Shown: positions 45,756 to 58,000 of the stretch, one piece after another
Layout: each line of letters opens with the position of its first letter
How positions within the stretch are numbered: the first letter of the stretch is position 1
Assembly (NCBI GenBank): GCA_036272935.1
Contig: DATAXP010000143.1
Location: 20,852-84,851, forward strand
Reading direction: 5' to 3'
From: Pirellulales bacterium
GTDB lineage: Bacteria; Planctomycetota; Planctomycetia; Pirellulales; PNKZ01
Length of the DNA stretch: 64,000 nt
Notes under the pieces: model-generated
Databases searched by the model: none
What the model was told of the DNA's origin: nothing
What the model saw: only the letters and a program-made list of their open reading frames with translations
Translations under genes and position numbers: made by a program

Positions 45756-46076
45756 CTGAAGTTTTCCTAAAGGCTTGGCAGTCTCGAAGCCGCTCGGCGC
45801 GCCCGGGCGCGCTTTCTAGGGTCTTTTTCGCTGGAAAACGATTAGTTTTCCGTTGTCGTTTCGTTGGCGATCGGAACCCCTCGTTGCGAGCGTCCACGGC
45901 TCGGGATGCCGACCGACCTGCTTTCGGCGTCGCCGCTAGCGATCGCGGAACGTTCTTTGCGTTAACCCACTCCCCGCAGCATCGCGACTTGAGGGGGCTC
46001 GGTGCATCGAGGGGATGCGCGCGACTGCCAAGCTTTTGTATCCGTGCGCGCTCAATCGTCTGTCGGGAGGGGAGTG

Positions 46077-49000
46077 ATGCCGTGTCGTCGTTCGCCGGGG
46101 CAATCGTTCAATTTGCGCTCCAGCGGTAACTCGCCGTGGCGGTTGCGCCGCATTTGGCGAAGCGCGCTGCGATGTGGACGCATCGCGCTGACGTGGTTGT
46201 TCATCGGACTCTCGACCGTTGTCGGCGTGCCCGCCGAAGTGCTCGCAGCGCCGTTCTACTGGGATGCCGACGGCAGCGCAAGCGGCAACGACACCAGCGG
46301 CACCGATCTCGGCGGCTCGGGCATCTGGGACACGAGCAGCGCGTTGTGGTGGGACGGCGTCAGCATCACCAACGACAACGTGTGGAACAACGCGGGGCTC
46401 GACACGGCAATCTTTACCGGCACACCTGGCACGGTCACGCTGGGCGCGCCAATCGTGGCCGGCTCGTTGGAATTCGACACCAGCGACGACGGCATCGTCG
46501 ATCCCAGCGGATACGGACTGACGCTGGGCGGCGAATCGCCGACGATCACGGTCGCCGCCGACGCTGCCGCGTCGATTGCCGCGTCGATCCACGGCACCGG
46601 CAGCCTCGCGATCAACGGCGGTGGCATGCTGACTCTCACCAGCGCCAGCAACGACTACAGCGGCGGGACCGACTTGCAATCGGGCTACTTATCGGTGTGG
46701 AACGACGCAAATCTTGGCGCCACGACCGGCACCGTGACCTTCGACGGCGGGACGCTGTTGGCCGGGACCTTCAACACCGGCCGCGACATCGTCATCAACA
46801 ACTCCGGAGGTACGTTCGATGTCGCGCGGACTTTCATCACGCTGCTGCCCGGCGACATCAGCGGCACCGGCACGTTGAATAAGACTGGCTTCGGCGAGCT
46901 GCGCCTGCTGAGCAGCAACTCGAATTTCACCGGCGACGTCAACGTGGAGAACGGCACCCTGCGCATCTACAGCATGACCGGCGGCCAGCTAAGCAACTAC
47001 CTGGGCGCACTCAACGAGGCCAACAGCTACACGGTCCACAGCAGCGGCGTGCTGATCGCCGACGACTCGGCCATCGTCTCGAATAATCCGGTCGTCAACT
47101 TGCTCTCCGACACGGCCCCCATTTCGCTGCAAGGCGGTCAGTTGGAATTCATCAGCAGCAATGCCACGGGCAACAGCATCGTCACCGAGACCGCCGGCAA
47201 CGTCACGCTCGATTTTGGCCTGTCGACAATCACCACCGATCGCTACGGAAGTGCGAATGCCTCGGGCGCGGTGTTCGCCCTGGGATCGCTCACGCAGACG
47301 ACTTACGCCGCGACGATCAACTTCACCAATGTCGACGGCACGCTGGGCGTGGCGGGAAACAACCCGCAGATCACCTTCGCCACGGCGCCGAGCCTGAACA
47401 ACGGCATCATCGGCGGCTGGGCACTGGTCAACACCAACGACTTCGCCAGCTACGACCCCACGAACGGCGTCGGCGCGTTGTCCACCAGCGGATTCATCGG
47501 CTACTCCTCGACGAACCTCACCAGCGCCGGCGCGACCGACAACGTGCTTGTGACCAACACGCCGTCGGCGGCGATCACGACGCGCACCGTCAACTCCATC
47601 AAGTGGAACACCACCACTGCCACAATGACGATCGCCTCGGGGGCCACGTTGACCATCGACTCGGGCGGCTTGTTGGCGGTCGGCAACGTCAACAAAACGA
47701 TCACGCCTGCCTCGGGCACCGCGACCCTCTCGGCCAACGGCGGCGCGCTGTACGTTCACAACAACCAGGCGACGATCACGATCAACACGGTGATTGCCGA
47801 CGGCGATATGTCGACGGCTTTGGTGAAAGACCAGGGAGGCACCCTGTCGCTGGCCGGTTCGACTGACAACCTCTACACCGGCGGCACCTGGGTGCTCGGC
47901 GGCGGTCTGACGACAGGCACGACTGCCGGACGAACGTACCTCGGCACGGGACCAGTCACCGTCGATCGCGCTTTGCTCACGCAAGGCAACACTGGCGCCA
48001 CCAGTTCGCCGCTCGGCTACACCGTGATTGAAGGGGGGCAGGTCACGCTTAGCACGACGAGCTCCGCCTACACTGCCGCCGGCGACGTCTACAACATCAG
48101 CGCCGGCAGCGCGATCGCGGGGGCAGCCTCGGCCGCGGGCAAAGGCATCAACAGCCTTTCGCGCGTCGACTCCATGACCGGCGGCGGCCAGGTGGTACTC
48201 GCTCCCGGTGCGGTGGTCGCCAACACGGTTCAGCTCACCAGTGCGCTGAATCTCTCGACGGGGACGATCCAGAATCTCGGCACCGCTTCTGACTTGCTCT
48301 ACGGCATTGCTGCCACGCAGAACAACGCCAACGGCAATGTGAGCATCGGCATCGGCACACCATTTTTCGGCGTGAGCACCGACCGCAGCAGCCGCGCCTG
48401 GGACCTGGGGACCATTACCATCACACCCGGCACGACGGACGTCGTGCTCCAGGCACTCGATTATTCGGATAGCACCGGCACGACCAACACCGCTGCGACG
48501 CTCACGTTTGGCAATGGCATCACTGCCAACGGACCGGTCATCAACGCCTCAAATGCCGTCAATGTTCACATCGCCAGCGGCATCATCGAACTGAACGACA
48601 ATGATGCAACGTATGGCAACAGTTCGACGGCGCCGGTGACGTTCGTCGTCGATAACGGAGCGATTCTTGTTGGCGCGCAGGACAGCAGTCTTGGCAGCGG
48701 CACCGGTGTCGCCAATGTGGTGGTGAGCAACGGCGGCGTTCTCGAGCAGAACCCCACAAACAACGTCGGGACCGAGCTCAACGGCAATGTTGAGGTGCAA
48801 GGCGGCGGCGAGTTCCTTGCACAAATTACCAACGGCCTGACGGGCACCGGCCAGCTCACGTTCGATCCCGGCTCGATTCTGCAAATCAGCAACGTCAGCG
48901 GTTGGAGCGGCAGCCAGGCCGCGGCCGCGAACATCTCCGACGGCGCGATCGTGCGGCTGGCGGTCACCGGCTTCGGCGACCCCGATGCCCCGCTGCTGAG

Positions 49001-52000
49001 CACGTATTTCGACGGCAAGGGGATTTACGAGATCAATAACAACGTCGGTGCCGCGAATCCCACCGACCCAAACACGGTCATTCTCGCCCTCAACGGCGGC
49101 ATCGTGACCAACGATAGCGCCAGCCGCACGTTCAGTGGCGCCGGCAACGGCATCGTCACGGTCGGAACGCTTGGAGCCACGTTGGCTGCTTCCAGCGGCA
49201 CCTACATGAACTGGTACAACGCCACCGATCTCGGCAGCAACACGCTTACCATTGGCTCGAACAGCGTGATCGATGGCAACGCCAAGCTCGGCGAAATCCG
49301 CCTCGAAGGGACGTTCAGCGCCGCCGCCGGCGCTCAGATCGACATCATTCCCAACGCCAGCCTGCGCGTCTCGGTGGCCAACATTCTCGACGATTCGATC
49401 GTCGTAAATCTTCCCCTCGGCGCGCAACTGTACATGGATCAGCCCGACACGATCACCAACGTCGTCGGCGCCGGCACGCTCAGCGGCGACTCGCTGCTGA
49501 CACTCGTGCAAAGCGGCGACTACAACCTTGATGCTCAACTTGCCGGCGTGAACGCCTCGTTCGGGATCGCGCAAAACGGCGGCGGCGCGATGACCATCAC
49601 CAACCCCAACATTACCGGCTTCGGATCGATCGTCGCCAACAACGGAACCGCGCTGATCGGCCCCGGCATCGATCTCGGTGGAACCTACGCGCTGTCGGCC
49701 AACGCCTTGGGGGCCGGGGTCACCGCCACGGTCGACCTGAACGGCACCAGCCAGACGGTCACCGCCTTGACCTTTGCCGGCTCGACAACCACCAGCGCGC
49801 CGATCATCACCGGCGCCGGATCGACCATCACGCTGGCTGGCAACGTCACCTACACCAGCACCAACAATCCATTGGGTGGCCTGCTCAATGTGGCGACACT
49901 CGACCTCGGCGACGTCACGCGCACCTTCAGCGTCGGCGACAGCACCTCGGCCCCGGTCGATCTCGAAATCGATTCCCTCGTTCAAAGCTCCGGCGGGTTG
50001 ACCAAGTCGGGCACCGGCTTGCTGCTGTTGACCAACACCGGCAACGACTACACCGGTCAGAACTGGATCCAGGCCGGCACGCTCAGCGTCGCCAGCATCG
50101 GCAACGACGGCGTGCAGAGCATGCTCGGCCAGCAAACCGGCAGCTTGTCGCCGATCCTGCTCGGCAGCGGCAGCAGCACCGGAGCCTTGCAATACACCGG
50201 TCCAGGGGAAGTGCTCACCCGCAGCTTCGACATGATGGGGACCACCGGCGGCGGCACGATCGATTCCTCGGGCACCGGTTCGTTGATCATCAACAGTGAC
50301 TTGCTTGCCGACGGTGTCGGCAACAAGACGTTCAACCTCACCGGCAGCTACACCGGCGTGAATACGTTTGCCGGTGCGATCATCGACCCGGGGCCCACGA
50401 ACTCCACGTCGCTTTCGGTCTCGACCTCCGGCACTTGGGTCATCAGCGGCAACGATTCGTACACCGGCACCACGATTGTCCGCAGCGGCACCTTGCAGCT
50501 TCAGGATGCCGGCTCGATCAGCGACGCCGCCACGACGGTGGTCGACGGCACGCTCGACCTGAATGGCATCTCAACGCAGATCACCAGCCTGTCGCTCGGC
50601 GGCACCGGCGCGGTTTCGACCAGCTTCCCCATCGTCTCGATCGGCACCGGCGGGACGCTGACGCTCGGCGGCAACGTGACCTACACCAACACGTCGAACC
50701 CCCTGGGTTCGCAAATCACCGGCGGCATGCTCGACCTGGGCGGAGCCACGCGCACCTTCAACGTAGGCAACAGCACCGGGGCGACCGTCGACCTTGAAGT
50801 CGACTCGCTCGTGCAAGGCTCGGGCGGCATCACGAAGACTGGCGCGGGAAGCCTGGAGTTGACCAACGCCGCCAACGACTACACGGGTCAGACTTGGGTC
50901 CAAGCCGGCACGCTGATTGTCACCGGCTTCGGCAACGTCGGCAGCGCCGGCGTGCTCGGCAATCAGCCCGACGCCGGTACCGCGACCATCAAGGTGGGCA
51001 ACACGACGACCGCCGTCGGCCTGCAATACCTCGGCGCCGGCGAGATGACCGACCGCGTGATCGACTTGAGCGGCACCACCGGCGGCGCGTCGATCGACTC
51101 GTCCGGCACCGGCGCGCTGGTGTTTACCAGTGACTTCACCGCCAGCGGCAACGGCAACAAGACGCTCACGCTCACCGGCACCAACACCGCGCTCAACACC
51201 GTCGGCGGCGCGATCGTCGATTCCTCCACCGGCGTCACGTCGTTGGTCAAGGACGGCTACGGCACCTGGTTGCTGGCCGGCGACAACTCGTACTCCGGCA
51301 ACACCAGCATCCAGTCGGGCATCCTGGCCATCGGCGGCGCTGCCGATCGGCTGCCGACAGGCACCACCGTGATCCTCGGCGACGGCACAACCAACGACAG
51401 CGGCAAGCTCGTGCTCGGCGACGGCACCACCGCGCAGAACCAAACGCTCGCCGGTCTGTCGACCGCCGGCACGGGGACCGACAATCGCGTGGTCGGCGGT
51501 GGACCGACGGTCGCCAACCTCACGGTCAATCTGCCCGGCGGATTCGACGAATACGACGGCTTCCTGGGAGGCAGCGGCACCTACGAGAACAACCTTTCGC
51601 TGACCGTCACCGGCACCGGCACGCTGCTGCTCACTGCCCCTGAAACTTACACCGGCGGCACGACGATCAATGGCGGCGGCCTGGTCCTCTCCAATACCGC
51701 CCAGGTGCAGGGCAACATCGTCGTCAATGGCGGCTTCGTCGATCTGGCTTCCCCCTCGAATTTGACGGGCGATATCGTCCTTGGTCCTGGCGGCGTGCTG
51801 CCGATCGACACCGATTCCGTCGGTAATGTGTCGCTGCTCGATCCCTCGTCGACCGGCGTTGTCGCGCTGAACTTCAACAACAGCACGCTCACCAATCTGA
51901 ACGGCACCGACACGTTCCTCGGCGCGGTCGGCGATCGCATCTTCTCGTCCGCCACCTTCGATGCTGATCCCGACGGCAACTATCGGCTCGGCGGTGGCGC

Positions 52001-55000
52001 CCCGTGGGACAATATGGACACGGTTACCACCGGCGGTGGCGGCGGGCTGCTACAAATCGCCGCGGCTAACGTGCTCACCGGCGCCAACAACGTCATCATC
52101 GGCGATCCGAACATCGCCGGTGGCGGTAGCACCGTACAACTCACCGCCGCCCAGAATTACACCGGCACCACCACGCTCGATTACGGATCGTTGATCTTCT
52201 CGAACGTCAACGAGTTCGGCTCGCCGACGACCGTGGCGGGCAGCTTGATCCTTAACGGCGGCATCCTGCAATACAACACCGCGACCACGACCGATGTCTC
52301 CTCGCGACTCGCGATCGCCGACGGCGGCGGAATCAACACCAACGGCAACAACGTCACCTTCGCCACCGCGATCGGCAACACGGCGTCCGGCGGGACCGGC
52401 GGACTGGCAAAGCTCGGCCTCGGCACGCTCACCATGAGCAAGGCCAACACCTACGTCGGCGCAACGACCGTCGCCGGCGGCACTTTGAAGCTCGACTTCA
52501 ACGCCTCCGCGGCGGCCACGACGGACATTCTTTCCAACGCCTCGAGCCTGGTGATGAGCGGCGGCGCGCTTTCGGTCAACGGCAAGGGGAGCACGAACGC
52601 GAACAGCCAAACCTGGACCGGCACCACGTTCGCCGAAGGGGCTTCGACTCTCACCACCAGTTTTACCGCCGCCACCAACGGCGCCGGCGGGCTGACGGTC
52701 GACCTTGGCACGCTCTCGCGCAACCAGGGTGCGACGGTCAACTTCGGTCAAGGCACCAACAGCAACGCAGCCAACACCACTTATGCGATCTCTTCAGGAC
52801 CTGCCAGCTCGCTGCTCATCGACAACAACGGCACCGCCTACGCCACCTACAACCTCACCGATTGGGCCGCCGTCGATGCGACGGGCAGCCAGGTCGTCAG
52901 CGGCGCCAGCCTCTCGGGCTTCTACACCAACGCCAGCGGCACCACGCTGCTTTCGGGCAACGCCAACATTGTCGGCGGCAATGCCACCCTGTCCGACGAC
53001 GACACCATCAGCAGCCTGCGCATGGACGACACCGCCAAGCGCACGCTCGACCTCGGCGGCAACACGCTGGTGACCGGTGGCGTGCTGTTTGCCGGCGTCA
53101 CCGGCAACGCGATCACCGACGGCACGCTCACCGGCCCGTCCGGCAGCGACCTGACCGTGATCGCCAACAACACCGGCGACGCCACGATCAGCGCTGCCAT
53201 CGGCGATAACGGCGGCACGGGACTCACCAAGGCCGGCACCGGCCGACTGTTCCTCACCAACACGACGAGCTCCTACCTCGGCCCAACCGTGATCGACGCC
53301 GGCATCCTGAACGTCGCCGGCACCATCAGCGCCGGCGTCAACGGCGCGTTGGGCAATGCCAGTGCCGACGCCAGCAACCTGATCATCAACGGCGGCACGC
53401 TGCAGGAAACCGAGTCGAGTGTCACCCGCACCTTCAGCCGCGACTTCAGCGTCGGCCTTGCCGGGGCCTCGATCGACTCGTCGATGGGTAGCACCAGCGC
53501 TTGGGACTTTAGCGCCAATGCTCCGATTGGCCTGATCGATTCCGGCGCCCGCACGCTTACCCTCACCGGCAGCAACACGTTCAATAACACCTTCAGCCTG
53601 AGCATCGGCGACAACGGCGGCCCCACCAGCCTGGAAAAGGCCGGCGCCGGCTTGTGGGATCTGACCGCCATTAACTCGTACACCGGCACCACGACCATCG
53701 CACAGGGCATCCTGCGCATCAACAACGCCGGCGCCTTGCCCGGTGGACTCGGCGCCTTGGACTCGAGCAACCTGAATTCGACCAACACCGGCGGCGGCAA
53801 CCTCGACTTCGCCGCGATCGGCAGCAACACCGCGATCCTCGAACTCACCGCGGCCAGCGGCAGCTTCTATCGTTCGCTCGGCACCGGCATTGATCAGGTG
53901 CAGTGGACCGGCAACGGTGGCTTCAGTGCGATCGGCGGCGACCAGGTGGTCAATCTTGGCGGCGACATCGTTCCCGATCAGGTCACCTGGGGCTCGGGCA
54001 GTTTTGTCAGCAACATTCTCGACTTTGGCGACGGCGGCAACGGTGCTGCCGATAGCATGATCAACTTCCAGAACCCGATCGATCTCGGCAACAAGCTGCG
54101 GACGATCAACGTCGACAACGGCCGCGACGCGATTGATGCCGAACTGACTGGTACGCTCACCGGCACCGTGGGTGCCGGCCTTACCAAGTCCGGCGCCGGC
54201 GCGTTGTTGTTGAACGCCATCAACGATGCCACGACCGACTCCAGCTCGCCGATCACCGTCAACGCCGGCTACCTAGTGTTCGCCACTTCCGGCGCGATCC
54301 TCGGCTCGGGGCAGAACATCACTGTCAATGCCGGCGGCGGCGTGGTGCTCGAAGGGGCAACTGATGCTTCGCTGCTGATGAGCCGCTTGGTGAACACCAG
54401 CGCCGGCAGCCTTTCGCTCGACACCAGCTCAAGTGCCACCATCGACTTCACGAACTTCGCCAACCTTAGCCTCGGGGCGTTCAGCAACGTCGGTGGCACG
54501 CCGATCTATTTCACGGGCGACATCATTCCCAATTCCGAAACCTACCGCCTCGGCTCCGCCAACTCGGGTAGTGCGGTTTCCGGTGGGGGCGGCCCCTTGA
54601 ACTTCAACGGCAATTACCTGGTGTTGCCCAACGCACAGACATTGACCGACGACGGTAGCACGCCACGTTCGCTCGTCGAAGGGGCCGGCTATCTGTTGCT
54701 CCAGAATTGGAACGACTTCAGCGGCGGCACCACGCTCACGGCCGCAGGCACCATTGGCATCGGCAACGACTACGCGCTCGGCTCCGGAACCCTCACCTAC
54801 GGCGCCAACGTCACCATCGCCATCGGTTCGCTCGATGGCGACCACACGATCGCAAACAGCATCGTCGAAACCGGCACCGGCAGCTTCATCATCAATGGAA
54901 ATCTGGTGAACGACGGCATCCCCAATGCCGGCGGGCTCACCTTCCTCGGCTCGTTCGATCTGAACGGCCAAACCGGGCGTGCGATCTACATCCGCTCGCC

Positions 55001-58000
55001 CGGTAATGCCATTTTCCTTGGCGACGTGACCGACGGCGCGAATCTGAACCTCGACGTCAGCACCGCGGGCACATACAGCTTCTTGACGCTGCCGACCGAT
55101 GCGGTGGCCAAGGACATCAACGGTATTATTCAGGGGCTTAGTAGCACGCTGATCATCGATTCCGCGGGATCGCTCGGTACTATTCCTACGACGCCAACCA
55201 CGGTGCTCACCGTCAATAGTTCGACGCTCGAAGTGCAGCCAGGCACACCCGCGGTCGCGCTCGATCCGAACCAGAACATCTCCATTTCCGCCAACACTTC
55301 GACGATTTTCAACACTCCCGGCGGCCCATTGGTCGGCAACTCGACGCTCACCATTCCGGGCGTCATCGCCGGCGGTGGCACCGGCGTGTTCACCAAGAAC
55401 GGCCTCGGCACCTTGGTGCTGCAAGGCGACAACACCTTCACTGCCAAGAGCGTGCTCATCAACGGCGGCACGCTGCAGCTCGATTTCTCCGCCGCCAACA
55501 GCCCAACCAGCAACATTCTCGCCGCCGCCTTCCCGGTCACGCTCGGCGCAGCGACCGGCGGAGGCGGCGGAACGCTCGCCATTACCGGCGCCGACGGCGC
55601 AGCCAACTCGCAAGCTTTCGGCGACCTGACGATCGATGGCAAGGAGAACGCCATCAACGTCGCGGCTGGCGCCGGCGGGACGGTCACCGTCACCTTGGGC
55701 AACACGTTTACCACCACGCTCGGCGCAGTTCTGCAAATCACCTCAGACGCCGGCTCCACGATCGCTTCGGGCGCCGGAACGCCGAGCCAGATTCTGCTCG
55801 ACGCCGGCGGCAACGCCTACGCCACGTTCAACGCCAGCGACTACGCAGCCGAAAATTCGACCGACAGCGCGATCGTGGCCGGCTCGAGCATTGCCGGGTT
55901 CTACACCCCCAGCACGCTCACCACGCTCGGCGGCAACGCGGATGTCGTCACTAACGTGGCCCTCGGCGCTTCGACAAGCGTCACCAGCTTGCGATTCAAC
56001 GATTCGAGCGATGACCGCACCCTCACGCTTGGAGCGACGCTCAACACCGGCGGTATTTTGGTCACGCCGAATGTCGGAGTTAACGCCTCGCTGATCACCG
56101 GCGGCACGCTGATGGGCACCGGCGGTTCGCTGAAGGAACTCGACATCATGCAGAACAATCCGCTCGGCTCGCTGACGATTGCCAGCGTGATCGCCGACGA
56201 TACCACCGCCACCGCCCTGGTCAAGGCCGGTGTCGGCGACCTGGTGCTTAGCGGCGTGAACACCTACACCGGGGTCACGTACTTTAACGGCGGAACAATC
56301 GAAGTCGCCTCGATGGCCAACGGCGCCGCCGCCAGCCCCTTGGGTAAGGCGTCGAATGCGGGCGGCAACTGGGTCTTCACCGGTGGCGCCCTGCGCTACA
56401 ACGCCGCCGGCAACGCCACGACCGATCACGGCGCCACATTCGACAACGTCAGTGCCATCGAAGTGACGCAGTCCACCTCGACGCTCACCCTCTCCAGCAC
56501 CACCTCGCAGTTGACCGGCCAGGCCGGTGTCGTCGGCATCCTGCAAAAGACCGGCGACGGCACGCTCGTGCTCGGCGGCACCGGCAGCGATACGAACCTG
56601 TCGGTCGAAGTGGTCGCCGGCACCTTGGACCTGGGCAAGAACTCGAACACCGCGTACGCCGTCTCCGGCGGCGCCGGCGGAGCGGCGTTGATTGTCGACA
56701 ATGGTGCGACGGCCGTCGTCACCGGCACCGGCGGCCAACAAGTGCTCACCAGCAGCAGCGTGGTGGTGAGCACCGGCGGCACGTTCGACTTCAACGGCTC
56801 GACCCAAACTTTCGACGGCCTGGCCGGCGGCGGCACCGTCACGAATGACAACGCATCGAACACTGGGCTCATCATTCTCGGAGCCAACAACGACGCCAAT
56901 ATCTCGCAATACTCGGTCGCGGCGGCCAACGCCGGCGTTGCGACCACGGGACTGAATAATTTCTCGGGTGTCATTGCCGATGGCGCCTCGCCGATGGGCC
57001 TGATCAAGATCGGCGCCGGCACACAGATCCTCAGCGGGCTCAACACCTATTCGCAAGACACGGATATCGTCTCGGGTACCATCCAGCTCGGCATTGCCGA
57101 TGCGCTGCCCAGCGGCGCAGGCGCGGGGAACGTCGTCATCACCAACAACACGGTCGGCGGCCTGCTCGTTCCCGGCACGCTCGACCTGTCGGGATTCGAC
57201 CAGACGGTCAACGGCCTTTCGGGCTCCGGCGGCCTCGTGACCAATAGCGCCTTGGCCACCACCGCCACGCTCACCGTCGGCGCGACGGATGCGACGAACA
57301 CCTTCGACGGCACCCTGCAAAACGGATACACCAACGCCATCCTGGCCCTATCGAAGATCGGCGCCGGCACGCTGACGCTGACCGAAAACAACCTCTACAC
57401 CGGCATCACGACGATCAACGCCGGCACGCTGGCCCTGGCCGGCGCGGGCTCGATCGGCACGTCGAGCGCGATCAACGTGCTGGCCGGCGCGGCGTTTGAT
57501 GTCACTGGCCTTACGGCACCGGCGCTGAACCTCGGACAAACGCTCGAAGGTACCGGCACCGTCTACGCCACCGACGTCGGCTATACGATCAACGGCACGC
57601 TGAGCCCCGGCGACGTCGCCACGACCGGCATCGGCACGCTGAATGTGCTGGGCGATCTGACGCTCGGCTCCACGGCCGCCAGCAACTTCAAGCTCGGCAG
57701 CGGAGCGAACGACTCGGTGGCCGTCACCGGCAACTTGAACCTCGGCGGCTCGCTGAACTTGCTCGACAACGCCGGCGCCAACGGCCAAGGAAGCCTCGGC
57801 CCGGGACAATACCAGTTGTTCACCTACACCGGCACCGATTCCGGCGCGTTCGCCTCGGTGAGCATTTCAACGTCGGCCACGTTGCATCCCAACGTGGTCA
57901 ACGACGTGGTCAACCACGCCGTCGATGTCGACATCTATCGCCTCGCCAGCGCCGCGTCCATCGCCAATCCCGGGTCGGCCAACTATCACGTCGGCGACGT

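Noticed and set aside
48549-50192. 547-aa antisense ORF and the many 60-400-aa alternative-frame ORFs inside the giant gene (46136-60680)
   Set aside because: The sense frame is continuous for 14.5 kb with coherent repeat structure. The others are by-products of GC-rich repetitive codons.
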